A DNA stretch of 62,881 nt, filler included, from Reclinomonas americana ATCC 50394 (GCA_048213135.1; 4 parts of 2 records of this genome joined end to end with filler, not necessarily neighbours in it), one strand, 5' to 3'; counted from the first letter of the whole stretch, positions 1-13,146 are shown. Made by a program: numbers and translations. The notes: a model not told the origin generated them from the letters alone.

Positions 1-288
1 CAAGCGGTCCCAACAGTCGAGTTGAGTCGCCACTGCCGAGTGCTTTGCGACGCTGCTATAGCGTGCCTGTCTCATCGTGGCGCACTTTCACACAGGGCAT
101 TCTCAACGGCGGCTACGGCTACGTCGGCCTCACTGGTGCCGTCGGACAAGTCACCAGCACCATTGACATAATATCCTGGGCCGTGTGCGATAAACCGTTG
201 CGTGTGTCACTGCTGCTGCTGCTTTGCTGTATGGCGACGGTGCTCACTGTGGCCTCCAATGTCTCACAGCGGCTGTGTAGCATACTAA
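1..288 (+). CDS. 3' end of an L-type (legume) lectin-domain gene; divergent paralog of the tandem genes at 49.6-62.9 kb (partial, spliced)
   Basis: Exons <1-20, 96-196 and 270-288 give ...PNSR|GILNGGYGYVGLTGAVGQVTSTIDIISWAVCDKP|GCVAY*. This aligns with GVLDSNGYGYMGFTAGVGDVTQNVDILSWAFCHKL|GCVAY* of the tandem copies, with the same intron positions and phases. Confidence 0.85.
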
Positions 289-404
289 GTAAACTGCAAA
301 GATGATCGAGCTCGATCCACCTCGCGTCCGTTGTCCTCTCGCTCCTCGCTGCGTTCATTCCCTGTGTGTGTTTGCTTGGGCGAGTGTGCGTCCGTGCCGT
401 CGGC

Positions 405-3400
405 ATGTACCCCGCACTCAACTCCCTCGCCGACGCGTACTGCTGTCCGGGGTATCTCACAAAACCACCAGCTCGTCTCTCCTTCCAGTGAATCCGTGCA
501 TCATTCTGCGTGTGTGCAGGTGCTTCACCTTTGTCGGCGACTCGTTCCGTCTGTGCCCCAGCGGAACACACACTGTATGCCAACAGGTGTGCCGGTGAAA
601 ACAACGTGTGTGTGTGTGATCGCACATTGTCGACTGATGAGACGATCCAACGCAGTGCTTCCGTGCGTGCAAGCGCAAGCCGCAGGATCTGTGTGGCTGT
701 GGAAAGTTGACGGGCGAGAATGCCGCCCGCCCGCCAGCCTTCCTTGTGCGCCAGCACATTGATGTGGCGGCGTACTACTCGCAGTGGGGATGCGAGTGGC
801 GCGGATTCTCCGGCGGCGATCTCGAGTCGCACATCACGTCGTGTCCGTACGCTCGCATGGGCATGTTTGTGCGTGACGTGCAGGCCGAGGTGCGCTCTGT
901 GTAACTCTGCGATAGCAAGTGCGTTTTTGCTGAGGGTCGATCAGATATCGAAACTGGGCAAGGTGATCTTCGCGGAGCGTCGTGCCCGCCAGCGCATGAA
1001 GCCGGTGCTGTGCAAGATGGCGCGTCGTGTGTCCAACATGAAGAAGCAGATGGGCGGCGGGGGTGGAGGTGGCGGTGCGCATGGTGCAAGCGCAGCTGCA
1101 GCAGCAGAAGTACCACCTCCACATTCGCCGGCTGCACAGTTGTCGGCGACTGCGAACGGTGAGCCGGTTGCAGACCTAGGCGCTGCTGCTGCTGCTGCTG
1201 CGACGCCTGCCTCGGCCACTCCATACATGGACGACGACGACGATGACTTGGACATGCTGGCAGAGGCGTCGGACGACGAGCAGATGGACGAGCGCCTGTT
1301 TGGCGGCATGGCCATGGAGTATCACGTGGGTGACGACGACGACGATGGCGGTGGCGGCGGCGGCGGCGGTGCTGGCGATCAAGCGGATGGCGACGATGGA
1401 GATGAGGAGGTGGATGAGGAGGCCGATGAGGATGAAGGAGAGGAGGAGCACGCGTCGGCACCGATGTCCAAGTCGGAGATGGACGCGCTGTTCTCCATCA
1501 AGGACGAGACCATTCCCAGCGCCACTGCAGCGCAACGGACGCCGGAATCACTGGCTGCTGCGGCCGCGGCGGCACTCAAGCGTGTGGACTCGACGCAGGA
1601 CACCACCGATCCACACGCCAACGAAGTGGATGCCGACTTTTCTGATGTGCTGGAAGCGGAACGACGGGAGAACGTGCATCGTATGGAGGCGGAGCGGAAG
1701 CGTCTTTCGTCGTCAGCATCGATGCGTTCTGTTTCCACGGCAGCCTCCAGTGTGCCACCACCACCACTTCCGCTGGCCTCCCGACCGCCGGCGACTCGCA
1801 AGGCTGGCACTCAAGGCGCTGCTGCTGCAGCAGCTGCAGCAGGCGGAGGAGCGGCGGCCAAGCAGAAGCGCAAGGGCAAGAAGACCAAGACTGCCGCTGC
1901 GGCCGGCAAGACCACCACCACCACCACCGCTGCTGCTGCTGCAGCAGCAGATGGGGGAGCGGTGGGAGATGGTCGTAAGAAAAAGACAAGCACGGCAGTC
2001 GGCGGTGCTGCCAGTGGCAGTCGTCTCGCTGGCAAACGAGTGGGTATTATGCAACCGCCGCTTCATTCGCCGCCCAAGTCGTCCACCGGCACACCGATGC
2101 CGAAACTGCCGTCGTCGCCCACCGTGCGGCCGTCGTCTGCGCTCTCGCAGTCGTCGGTCAGCTCGCTGACCACCAGCGTGCGGAGTTCGCAGGTATGTAT
2201 GGCTTGCATTTCTCTCGCCAGCGCACTCACGTGACCTTCCTCACTCCCCCGCGTCGTCCTCCATCAGCGACTGCCACCACTGGAATCACCGCCGTCGTCG
2301 CGACCGGTACAGCTGTGGGATCTGCACGATCCCGCTGTGCTTCTTGGGCAGGCACTGGTTCCGTGCCCGACCTTGTCCGATGTTACCTTTGGAGTGGTCG
2401 TGGAGGCCATTGGGCAGGTGCTTGAGTGGCCGCCCGACCGCATCCGCCTCACGCTGCCTGCACTGTTGCGTCGGCAGTGTGCGTGTGCGTGTCTATGGTA
2501 CCGTGTCAGCTAACCATTAATGATTGTTTGGTGTGCGCAGGAATAGCCAAGGACCTCGAAGACTTGCTGTCAAGAGCACGGATCACCAGGCACTTCGCGA
2601 CCTGTTTGGTCGCAGTGCCGAAGCGCGCCGTCTCTTTGTTGAGCGACTGGAGCGGCCACTGAGCGAGCTGGAGAATCGTCGCGAGTTCGTGGTCCAATTC
2701 TTCAACTCTGCCGCCGAGCCCGAGGTACGCTGTGCACGACGAGTTATTATACGCATCATCATTCCGCGTTGTATATCTCAACGGCATGCGGGCGACGCAG
2801 AGTCAAGTGAGTGCTCTGGTGAGTGACGAGGGCACCGTGGAGGACCTGCTGCTTGAGGTTGCGCGGCAGTTGGGACTGGACGCAGAGGCGCATCAGCTGC
2901 GCTTGATGGGCGTGCAGGATGGCCGACTCACGCGAGTCTACAATCTGGGCGACGTGCTCGAGTGGGTGCTGGAGAGCGACCTGCGGGTGGAGGTGCGATT
3001 GCTGTGTCTGCACACATCTCCACACACCGCAACTGCTCACGAACACCTCTCACGTACACGCAGGCAATTCCAGAGAGCGAGAGACCGGAGAACAGAGCAG
3101 AAGGCGACCAGTTGCTGGAAGTCCGACGCTATCACAACAACGCAGCGGAGGGTGCTCCTGTAGAGCCGTCGTTCTTTGGACACAGCTTCCTGCTGCTGGT
3201 CAATCCAAATGAGTCGTTCGCCGACATGTGGCTCCGCGTGCAAGACAAGCTCGCTCCGCAGTCCGAAATGTTCAAGCTCTCGGTGCTGGTCGGCAAGCGT
3301 GTATATCACTTCCCACCAGGTGCGTGACCATGGTCCATGCTGTGTGTGATTCCCCCTCCACCTCATCCTGTCCTCTCCCCACGCACAGCCGAACAGGTGC

Positions 3401-3537
3401 TGGCCAGCTTGGACGCCGTGCGCCAGCAAGCTGAATCACCGTCGGCATCTCAGCCGAGCCGGCCTGCAATGCAGCCGGTAATCGGTCTGGAATACGGCCC
3501 GACAGCCTCCTCACGCAGCCTAATACCGCCACTGTAG
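405..3537 (+). CDS. RING-like + TRAF/Sina-type zinc finger protein with a low-complexity linker and USP7-like C-terminal ubiquitin-like domains (UBL3-5)
   Basis: The spliced N-terminus reads YCCPGC..LCPSGTHTVCQQC..LCGC, then WGCEWRG..LESHITSCPY. The middle is rich in Ala, Gly and acidic residues. The C-terminus (LERPLSELENRREFVVQFFN, GTVEDLLLEVARQLGL, LRLMGV, FGHSFLLLVNPNESFADMWLRVQDKL, FKLSVL, VIGLEY) resembles the USP7 C-terminal region. GT-AG introns keep the frame open to TAG at 3535-3537. The start codon is uncertain. Confidence 0.75.
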
Positions 3538-3672
3538 GAACACAGATGTACTGCGGAAAAAAGTGACAATACCTTTGAATGGAGTGCGGCCAACATTTTT
3601 CGCCAATGATGCATTCCCTTTGCTTCGACCTCCACATTCCTCGTCAATGCCATTGTGTTAAAAATTTCGCTA

Positions 3673-4294
3673 CTACTGCTCGCCTTCCTCGGGTATTGGT
3701 GCAGCGCCGGTCTTGTAGTGCTGGAACGACTCGACTTTTGTCATGCCACGCCCAGAGCCGACCACGCCCACCTGCACGAGCAACAGCACATGGATAAGAC
3801 AACACTCCTTGGCGCGGCATTGACAGACGCTCGCACCTTGCCGTCGACCGTGTCAGGTGACTTGAATATGCTCTCGCGTCCAGTGACCTTTTTGCCAGGC
3901 TTCTTGCCTGTGGCATGCGATGAGAACAGACTCCACACATGCAATCATTCGGACTACTAAAAGGCGCGTACCAAGGAACTTCTTCCACGACTCCTGCTTC
4001 TTCTTGACCTCCTTGTCCTTCTCCTCGTCTCGCTTGACACGCTTCTCCTTCTTCTTCTGCTTCTTGAGCTTCTCCAATCGCTCCTCCTGTCAACGTCGAC
4101 TTCACGTGAGCGCAGAGAAGGGGAGGGAAGGGAAGCAGACAGATGCACGGCGGAACGCAACATCCACATTGCCGGGTCGCTTCTTGCCCGAGAGTCCTGG
4201 CATGGTGATGCTGGGTGCCTCGGCACCACGCGCCCCCACCGACAGAATGCCCAACTCATCAATCGGCCGAATCGAGTGCTCGTCCACCTGCCAG
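3673..4294 (-). CDS. SMNDC1: SMN-related splicing factor 30 (SPF30/SMNDC1), C-terminal part; 5' part lies in the gap
   Basis: Spliced ...KKQKKKEKRVKRDEEKDKEVKKKQESWKKFL..KKPGKKVTGRESIFKSPDTVDGK|VGVVGSGRGMT... matches the conserved SPF30 C-terminal motif (SIFxSPxxxxGKVGVxGSG). Confidence 0.8.
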
Positions 4295-4928
4295 NNNNNN
4301 NNNNNNNNNNNNNNNNNNNNNNNNNNNNNNNNNNNNNNNNNNNNNNNNNNNNNNNNNNNNNNNNNNNNNNNNNNNNNNNNNNNNNNNNNNNNNNNNNNNN
4401 NNNNNNNNNNNNNNNNNNNNNNNNNNNNNNNNNNNNNNNNNNNNNNNNNNNNNNNNNNNNNNNNNNNNNNNNNNNNNNNNNNNNNNNNNNNNNNNNNNNN
4501 NNNNNNNNNNNNNNNNNNNNNNNNNNNNNNNNNNNNNNNNNNNNNNNNNNNNNNNNNNNNNNNNNNNNNNNNNNNNNNNNNNNNNNNNNNNNNNNNNNNN
4601 NNNNNNNNNNNNNNNNNNNNNNNNNNNNNNNNNNNNNNNNNNNNNNNNNNNNNNNNNNNNNNNNNNNNNNNNNNNNNNNNNNNNNNNNNNNNNNNNNNNN
4701 NNNNNNNNNNNNNNNNGAGAGAGAGAGAGAGAATTATAGGAAGAGATTTCGTAGGTCACAGCACGCGTACAAGTGAATCAACTTGTCGTGTGGAATGATA
4801 AGTTTCGTTTTTTTGTTGTTCTCTCCTTCTTTTATAGTTCAGTTTGCATGTGGTGTGTGTCAGTGGAGAGCGGTACACCGTGTGTGCTGCTGCTTCTTCT
4901 TGTTGTTGTTGTTGTTGTTCGTGAGTGG

Positions 4929-7900
4929 CTAGACGTGGAAGGCAAAGGGGTCGCCGACGGCGCCACTGTCGAGAGTATCGTCGTCGTCGCCATCGTCCGT
5001 TGCCGCCGCCGCTGAGCGACGAGACGTAGGTGCCGCGTTGGGCTTGGCAGAAAGGCGGCGAGTGCCAGCTGGAGTGTTGCGTTTCTTGGTGGTGCGTGGC
5101 GCTCCGCCACTGGCGTTGATGGTGCTGCTGCTTCCGGCCGACTGTTGTTGTTGTCGCACATGGGGAACGGAGCGACTGCGCGGTGGCACCGCTCCGACGG
5201 TGGTGGGAGCAGCACTGCGGCTCTGGGATGCAGACGGCTGCTTCTTCTGTTGGGAAGCCGTCTGTTGCGAAGTGTGGAGACGGCGACTGTGCACACTCTC
5301 CACTTCTATCTCTGCGGCAATGCCGCGTGAGTGGCGTTTGAAATCGGTCGGGTGCTTGCAAGCAGGGTCGCTCACCTGCGGGACTCGGAAGTGTCGCGGC
5401 AAGTGGCGGGCGTGGAATCCCGCGTGCCGGTGGCGTGATGACGGAAGCGGCAATGGCAGTGCCACCACTGCCGCCGCCGCCGCCGCCGCCGCCGCCTCCC
5501 CCTCCCACGGCGAGCTGAAGACGGACAAGTTCCGCTCGGCGGGTGGCCAATGTCGCCTGCCCCTCGGCCTCGAGGGCAGCCACGGCGCGCTGCAGTTTGT
5601 CGTCCTCCGCATCGCGCAGTGTCTCCAGGTTTCCGCGTTTCACCCGGCGTGGGAGTGCCTGCAGCACGCCACGATGAGAACGAGTGCGATGCAGAGATAT
5701 ATGTGTGTGTGTGTGTGCGACGTACGTCAAGCTGTTGTTGGACGGCGGCCAGTCGCGCTTTCCACTCCTCGCGCATCTCGGCGTGCTGTCGCTGGTAGTG
5801 TCGCAGCGCCTCACGTTTCTCGGCAGCCGACGTCGTGCGCAGCGTCTCTTTCTGTGCGAGGAGGTGTGACGGCGTGTGTACCACCATCTCTTGCGCGCTC
5901 GCTCGCTCGCTCGTCACACGTACCTCCAGCTGCAGGTGTGACAGGCGGGCTTCGGCAGTGGCCAGCTCTTCGTCCAGGCGACGCTTGTGCGAGTCATTGG
6001 CGTTGACCAGTTCGGCCTCGAGGATCACGCTGCGCTGCTGGAGCAGGCGGAGTGTATCCTGCGCGCGCGCGGGAATGTGTTTAACGCTGTCGAGACTTGA
6101 CGCAGCGGACGTACTGACCTTGCGTTCGGCGAGTTGCTCGGTGAGTTTCGCCACCTCGTTCTGCGCCGACATGGCCTTGTCGTGGACCTCGACCAGCCAG
6201 TGCGTCGCCGCCTCCAAGTCGATCTTCACGGTTGTGCACTCGGTAACAATGGTGGAACGCTCGGTGTCCAGGTTGGCCAGCTTCTGCTCGTGCAGCGTTT
6301 GTGCCTCGGCCATTTGCTGCTGCAGCCGTTGCATCTCGTCACGAATGGCGGTGATTTCGAGGGCGGCCTGCATCGCGGCCACATTCAGTCATTTTCGACG
6401 CGGAGAGACGCTGCTATTGGCACGCAACTGCCTCCTGCTCCTCGTGCAACTCGGCGAGTTTGGCCCTCAACTGAGCTGCTTGCATCTGCTGCTCCTCGTC
6501 CTGCCGACGCAGCTCGCTCAGCTCCTGCAGGTGTTCCTGGCGCTGCTGCGGAGCTGCCGCCTGCAGCTCAACGGGGAGGGCGGCCAGCGGCTGCAGATTG
6601 GACTCGGCAGCACTGATGCGCGACCGCAGGTGCTCCAGTCTGTGATGAATGAGGATGAGTGAGACGAGGCGATGGAGTAATGGAGGGAGCGAAGTGCGCA
6701 CCTCTCAGCTTGCTGCTCGCTCTGCTGCTGCAGGATGCGGATAGTCTCCTGCAGCTGTGCTCCGGCCTCGTCGTTTGCCGCACGATCAATGGTTTCCGTG
6801 GCGGCCTGGACACGGGTCTCGCACTCCTCGCGACTGTGGCGGCACGAATCGAGGGCGGTGCGGAGCTCGGTCAGGTGCGCCTCGTGGTGTGCCACCACTG
6901 CCTCGACTTGGTCGGCCTCTCGCTGCAAGTCGGCAGTGGCGCCCGCGTACTTGTGCTGCTGCTCGCGGCTGTCCTCCAGGCACTGCTGGAGCTGCGTGTG
7001 TGCCTCCTGCCGATGCTGCAGTTGCTCACGGGCAATCGGCAGCGACGAGCCGAGCAGCTGGTCCCGCTTCGCACGCAACACCCCTGGTTCCCTTCTGGTG
7101 TCAGTGTATGTTATTCTTTTGCGATGCCATTGCCTCACCGTGGTGCTCTTGTGCGACGATTAGCTGGGCCTGCAGGTCGGCAAGTGTGGCAGTATGCATC
7201 TGGCTCGCCGTCTCCAGCTCGCCGGCTTTGTTCTCCACTGCGCGACAAGAGGGTGGGAAGAAGGAAGGAAGGTGGGTGGTGTATGTGGTGAGAGACACTG
7301 CACGTACGCTGCTGATGCAGTTGCTGCTCCTGCACGTCATCGTTCTCAAGAGTGGCAATGGCCGCCTCCAGGTCTGCAAGGTCCGCCATGCGCCCGTGAA
7401 TCTTGGCCGACTGCACCTCCAATTCGTTTGCCGCTGTGCGCCCCCCGTTCGCAAGTCAGTACACGAGAGGAGTCCATGCACACGCACGCACACACATGCC
7501 TTGCTGGTGCAACTGACGACACTCGTCCATGCTCTCCTGCAGAGCCATCACTCGCCCGGCGCTGATGGCCACTTGCAGCCTGGCACGCTCGCGTGAGGAA
7601 AACCAGATCTTCCGAGAGGAAGAACAAACAAACACGCGACGGCCACCAACCCCTGCTGCTGTCGCGACTCGACCACCTGCGCCGTCTGCCGCATCTCCAC
7701 GCGCACCTCGGCCTCCAGCGCACGCACACGCTCCATCTGCACACGGCGTCGTTCCATGGCCTCACGCAAACGACGCTCCTGCGCATCAACAGTCAGCGCC
7801 CCCTTGCCTGCACATGCGCACACACTCTCGCTCGTGTGACACACCGCCGACTCGGTCTCCGACACCTGTTTGCGCTGATCCCGCAGCAGCATATCTGCGC

Positions 7901-7988
7901 CACCAATTGTTAACCAATGATCATACCAGAATAGGCAACCACCGGCACCGTGACACACGCAACCCTTCAGCCGCGCCTGCACATCCAT
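4929..7988 (-). CDS. long coiled-coil protein of unknown function (multi-exon)
   Basis: Spliced MDVQARLK|DMLLRDQRKQVSETESA|ERRLREAMERRRVQME..., followed by several E/Q/L/R/A-rich heptad exons (ORFs 6518-7138, 5372-6382, 4756-5814). The last exon ends ...SGAVGDPFAFHV* at 4929. Confidence 0.65.
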
Positions 7989-9043
7989 CTTCGAACACGC
8001 TCTCTCTCCTCTCTCTCACACACGCACTTTCACGTCACTTCAAGTGTGCTGTGCGCGAGGCTCGCGACAAAGACAATCGTTGTTCTGTCCAATCCCAATA
8101 CAAAACACACGATTTTCGAGCGCGCTCGTTGCGATGTTGTTGACGCCGCCACATCGGCGGCACCATCAGCACCACCACTCTGCACTGGCTGCTGCAGCGA
8201 TGCCCACAGTGCCACAACAGCAACAGCAGCAACACCAGCAGCAGTCACCATCACAGGCACTCATGTGTCCTCATCATCCTTCTCACCACCTCCACCACGC
8301 TGACGGTGGCACACTGGCCTCGCATGGTTCGTCAGAGAGAGAGCGAGCGATGAGAGAGTGAGAGAGGATGTGTGTGTGTTTCACTCGGGCGCGCGCGCGC
8401 CATCTCTCATCTCCGTCGGCGCTCTTTTGTTTTCGTTTGTATTTGCACACTCGTGTGTGTTCTCTCTCTCTCTGTGTGCGTGTCTGTGTGTGCGCACATG
8501 TTGTGTGTGAGAGGAGCGATATGTGCGACGCGTTTGTGCGCGCGCCAAACCGTTGCGATGGGGAGAGAAAGTGGTGCTTGGGATATGCTTCATTTCGCGT
8601 GTCTCGTCAAATCGGGGAGCTGGTATCATCGTCTATTTGTCGCGCTTCTCTCTTTGCGTTTGTGTAGTAGTTTGCCCGCTCGTGAGAAAGCGTAAGGGAG
8701 CAAGGAAGTATGTGGGGGTTGCGCGGGGTGTGTTTGTGTTGGCGTGCGAACGGAACAAGTCCCGCATTGTTGCACTTCTCCTCTGTTTCGTCGTCCCGAA
8801 TCACTCCGTCATCGTTTTGTGAGGGACGAGGCACGCGCGGGCTGTTTCCCTTTGCCTCCTCCACGGCGCGCACTTCTGTGCCGTGGCGACTTTGTCTGTC
8901 TTGTACAGGCTTTTTTATTCAGACAGGAGCATCAAAGCATCTTTGTGAACGCACAACACTCTCTCTTCTCTCTCTTTTCTCTCTCTGTTCTCCTGTATCG
9001 TTCTTCGTTCGCCTGACGTGAATCTATGTGTACGGCGGCCGCA

Positions 9044-10396
9044 GCGGCAGGAGAAGGCTCAGGATCGGCAGCGTACTCGCAAGCGTATGAGGTGGGTGTC
9101 GATGGTGGGGGTGTGTGTGTGTGTGAGCAATCCAAACGCTCACACGTGCACGCTCAGGTTGACAATGATGACGCCAATTCCACACACTCCACCGGCACCT
9201 CGTTGCGTTGCTCGTTGGCGTGTGTGTGTGTGTGTTTGTGCGCGCAGGCGGACTGACGACAGAGCACGCACGCAGAATATCTCGCACATTGAGTCGAATC
9301 TCGTCCGTGGAGAGCATGGATGTGTTTGTGCGTCAACGGCAGCACACGCTGGCCACGCTGATTGCGGCCTCGCACGAGCTCCAACACATCAACGACGGAG
9401 GGGAGGACGAGGAAGAAGAGGAAGACGAGGAGGGATTGGAGGAGGATGGCAGTGCGGGCGCGAGCTCACGATCGGTGGGCACGCGGTCGACGCAGTCGTC
9501 GCAGCTGCGTGAGGTGCGCTCGGCGAGCGGCCTCCACGCGTTGAACTCGTCGGGGGCCACCGTGTCGTCGTCGGTTTCGATGGGATCGTCGTCGGCCTTG
9601 GTTACACACCGGAGACCAAGCGACAGCACAATGACAGCCCGTTTTGTCGAGCGCGAAGAATCACTCGATGAGAGTGTGCACTCGAGATTGTCTGGCGAGG
9701 GCGACATGGCACTGGCGGCCACACGCTCGCTCTACACCGGCATTGGCTTCACCGAGTGCCACGAGGACGTGGAGCTCACCTGGGGCAACCGCATCGCCAC
9801 CAAGCGCGACACGGGGATGAAGACGCTGTACCGATGTGCGCGCCTCACACGCGGCATTCCACTCAATCAGCCCGTGTACTTTGAGTTCCAGTACGTGCAG
9901 CAGGTGAGTGACAGCAAAGGGAATGGATTGAGTGAGTTTCAGTGAGCATATGTTCTTCTCAATTATGTTGCTCATGCGATACTCGACGCAGCACAATGAC
10001 ACGGGTGTGAGCATTGGCATTGGAACAATGGACCATCCGCTGCGGAAGCTGGTGGGCGCCAACAATGGCAGCTGTGGTCTGTACACGCACAGTGTCAACC
10101 CGCGCCTCGTGTGCCAGAACCACTACTCGGATTTCGGCAAGCAGTTCTCTTCTCTCATGATGCAAGGCTGCTGTCTCGGTGTGTGCGTGCTCGTACACGA
10201 CAGCACATACACTGGGTTCCGAGCTCCGCGCGAAGACCTGTTTCCACCAAGTTTCGTACTATCGGTGGTAGTGCGATGTCTCGATTCGTCGTGCTGACAT
10301 GGGGTGCGCACAGAGGGCAAGTGGCGCGTGAGATTACGATTCTTTGTCGACGGTCGCGAGTTGTTCAGTGACGAAGACTTTGACGAGGATATTCTT

Positions 10397-10398
<2 letters not shown>
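9044..10398 (+). CDS. SPRY/B30.2-like beta-sandwich domain protein (both ends uncertain; runs into a gap)
   Basis: A Ser/acidic N-region is followed by spliced ...ATKRDTGMKTLYRCARLTRGIP..VYFEFQYVQQ|HNDTGVSIGIGTMDHPLRKLVGANNGSCGLY..GCCLGVCV..|..LRFFVDGREL, the SPRY-type pattern YFE / IGI / VG...S.G / lGv / l.F.vDG. Confidence 0.6.

Positions 10399-10448
<50 letters not shown>
10398..10448. repeat. (GT)n microsatellite at an intron start
   Basis: Perfect GT run of about 50 nt, followed by (GTC)n and an N-gap. Confidence 0.95.
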
Positions 10449-10449
<1 letters not shown>

Positions 10450-11131
10450 ACGTCGTCGTCGTCGTCGTCCGNNNNNNNNNNNNNNNNNNNNNNNNNNNNN
10501 NNNNNNNNNNNNNNNNNNNNNNNNNNNNNNNNNNNNNNNNNNNNNNNNNNNNNNNNNNNNNNNNNNNNNNNNNNNNNNNNNNNNNNNNNNNNNNNNNNNN
10601 NNNNNNNNNNNNNNNNNNNNNNNNNNNNNNNNNNNNNNNNNNNNNNNNNNNNNNNNNNNNNNNNNNNNNNNNNNNNNNNNNNNNNNNNNNNNNNNNNNNN
10701 NNNNNNNNNNNNNNNNNNNNNNNNNNNNNNNNNNNNNNNNNNNNNNNNNNNNNNNNNNNNNNNNNNNNNNNNNNNNNNNNNNNNNNNNNNNNNNNNNNNN
10801 NNNNNNNNNNNNNNNNNNNNNNNNNNNNNNNNNNNNNNNNNNNNNNNNNNNNNNNNNNNNNNNNNNNNNNNNNNNNNNNNNNNNNNNNNNNNNNNNNNNN
10901 NNNNNNNNNNNNNNNNNNNNNNNNNNNNNNNNNNNNNNNNNNNNNNNNNNNNNNNNNNNNNNNNNNNNNNNNNNNNNNNNNNNNNNNNNNNNNNNNNNNN
11001 NNNNNNNNNNNNNNNNNNNNNNNNNNNNNNNAAAACAGGACACGAAGGCTCGCAAACGGACGGTGGATTAATAATAGAAACTTCACTGATCCATACACAA
11101 CAATGAGCATCTACCAGTGATCGCCAACAGT

Positions 11132-12268
11132 TTACATTGCGCATGCCGCAATGCGCGTCGCTTGTCCGGGATATATTCGTACATGGCGACCGGCTCCGAG
11201 AGCACTTGGTGAACTGCTCAAACCACTTCCTCGGCGAGTTGCTGGCGATCGGGGAGAGCCGTCATTGGCGGCGCCTCCGAACGAACTTGAGCAATGCCAG
11301 TTGCAGCTGTCGCCACCTCGAGCAACTGGCCGTCTCGACATCGGCGACCCCGTCGCGTACACCTGGTCGATCAATTGCTCGTGCGATTGCAGCGAGAGGC
11401 TGTTGCGGTGCACGGGTGTGCCGTCCAGCTGCAACATCTCCTCGCTGCAGACGACCCCCAGTCCACTGCCGGCCTCCGACACGGGTGAGTCGCGTGCCTT
11501 GGAGATGCTGTACGTGCTGCCTCGCGAGTCGAACACCAGTCGCGCCACCAGCGGCTGGAACGAGACCGAACGTGAAACAACAAAACACTTCATTCACCAC
11601 ATTCCAATAATGCGACAAATGTCCACAAAAGAAATCGAACGAGGTGCGACCGCCACTGCGCTGTTCATCTTGCCGATCGGAATGCCGTCCGTCTCCGTTG
11701 ACGTCGCTTGCTGAGCCAGTGGTGGTGCTCTTTCGCTCGCATTGCCGGTGGGTCGTCGACTGCCACGGCGACGACCACCACGAGCACTGGATGCCAAATC
11801 AGAATTCGAAACTTCTGTTGCACGCGCCTGTTCTTTCGGAGCCACGACGGCGTCCTTTGCCAGCGCAGCCGTTGTGAGCAAATACACACAGCGACAGGCA
11901 TACACACTAGCGCATACCTCTGCGATCGTGGTTACTGGATGTGGATCAATACTTCGACGATTGCAAAGATTCTCGAGTGTGGCGGACGACGCCAATGGTG
12001 ACAAAACGGCCGAACGCCTTTCACCATCCTCATCGCGATCGCCTCTTCTTCCATCCTCCACCGATCCCCCACCACCTCCCTCACTAGCGGCAACAGGGGC
12101 AAGATACGTCGACACACGACGATGTTCGGATCCGGAAACACCTGCACAATCCGGCACCGACGACAACTCCGCATTCGGCTCGGGTGGAGCGTACCTCACA
12201 CGGCTCATCGCCCCATTCGCACTCCTGCGCACCGCCTGCAGCGGGTGCACACTCGCACATCCTCCCAT
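11132..12268 (-). CDS. hypothetical protein with a predicted N-terminal dual-acylation motif (MGGCAS)
   Basis: ORF 11594-12316 has a Met at 12268 (MGGCASVHP...; MGxxxS plus Cys4). It appears to splice into ORF 11132-11593. Mostly disordered and Ser/Arg-rich. Confidence 0.5.
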
Positions 12269-12371
12269 TTTCTCTTTCTCCTCAGTGAAGTGATCTTTTC
12301 TCGCGATCGAATTCAAAGAATTGTGTGACTCAACGCATTATTGTCACTCTCTCTTGTTCACGCACAAAAAG

Positions 12372-13046
<675 letters not shown>

Positions 13047-13090
13047 NNNNNNNNNNNNNNNNNNNNNNNNNNNNNNNNNNNNNNNNNNNN

Positions 13091-13102
13091 TTAATTAATT
13101 AA
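13091..13102. other. artificial six-frame-stop linker in a gap of unknown size
   Basis: TTAATTAATTAA flanked by 44 N on each side (100 nt total); identical at 31860 and 49580. Confidence 0.95.
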
Positions 13103-13146
13103 NNNNNNNNNNNNNNNNNNNNNNNNNNNNNNNNNNNNNNNNNNNN

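Noticed and set aside
4295..4715. Long ORFs spanning N-runs (e.g. 3920-4798, 10123-11055, 42256-43446, 57763-58536)
   Set aside because: Artefacts of translating assembly gaps.
8030..8260. Short minus-strand ORF with a hydrophobic N-terminus (MVTAAGVAAVAVVALW...)
   Set aside because: Low-complexity CAG/CAC-rich sequence with no recognisable homology or convincing exon chain; it cannot be supported as a gene.
13047..13146. TTAATTAATTAA repeated three times (13091, 31860, 49580) as a possible biological element or target site
   Set aside because: It is always centred in exactly 44N+12+44N: a six-frame-stop scaffolding spacer, not genomic sequence.
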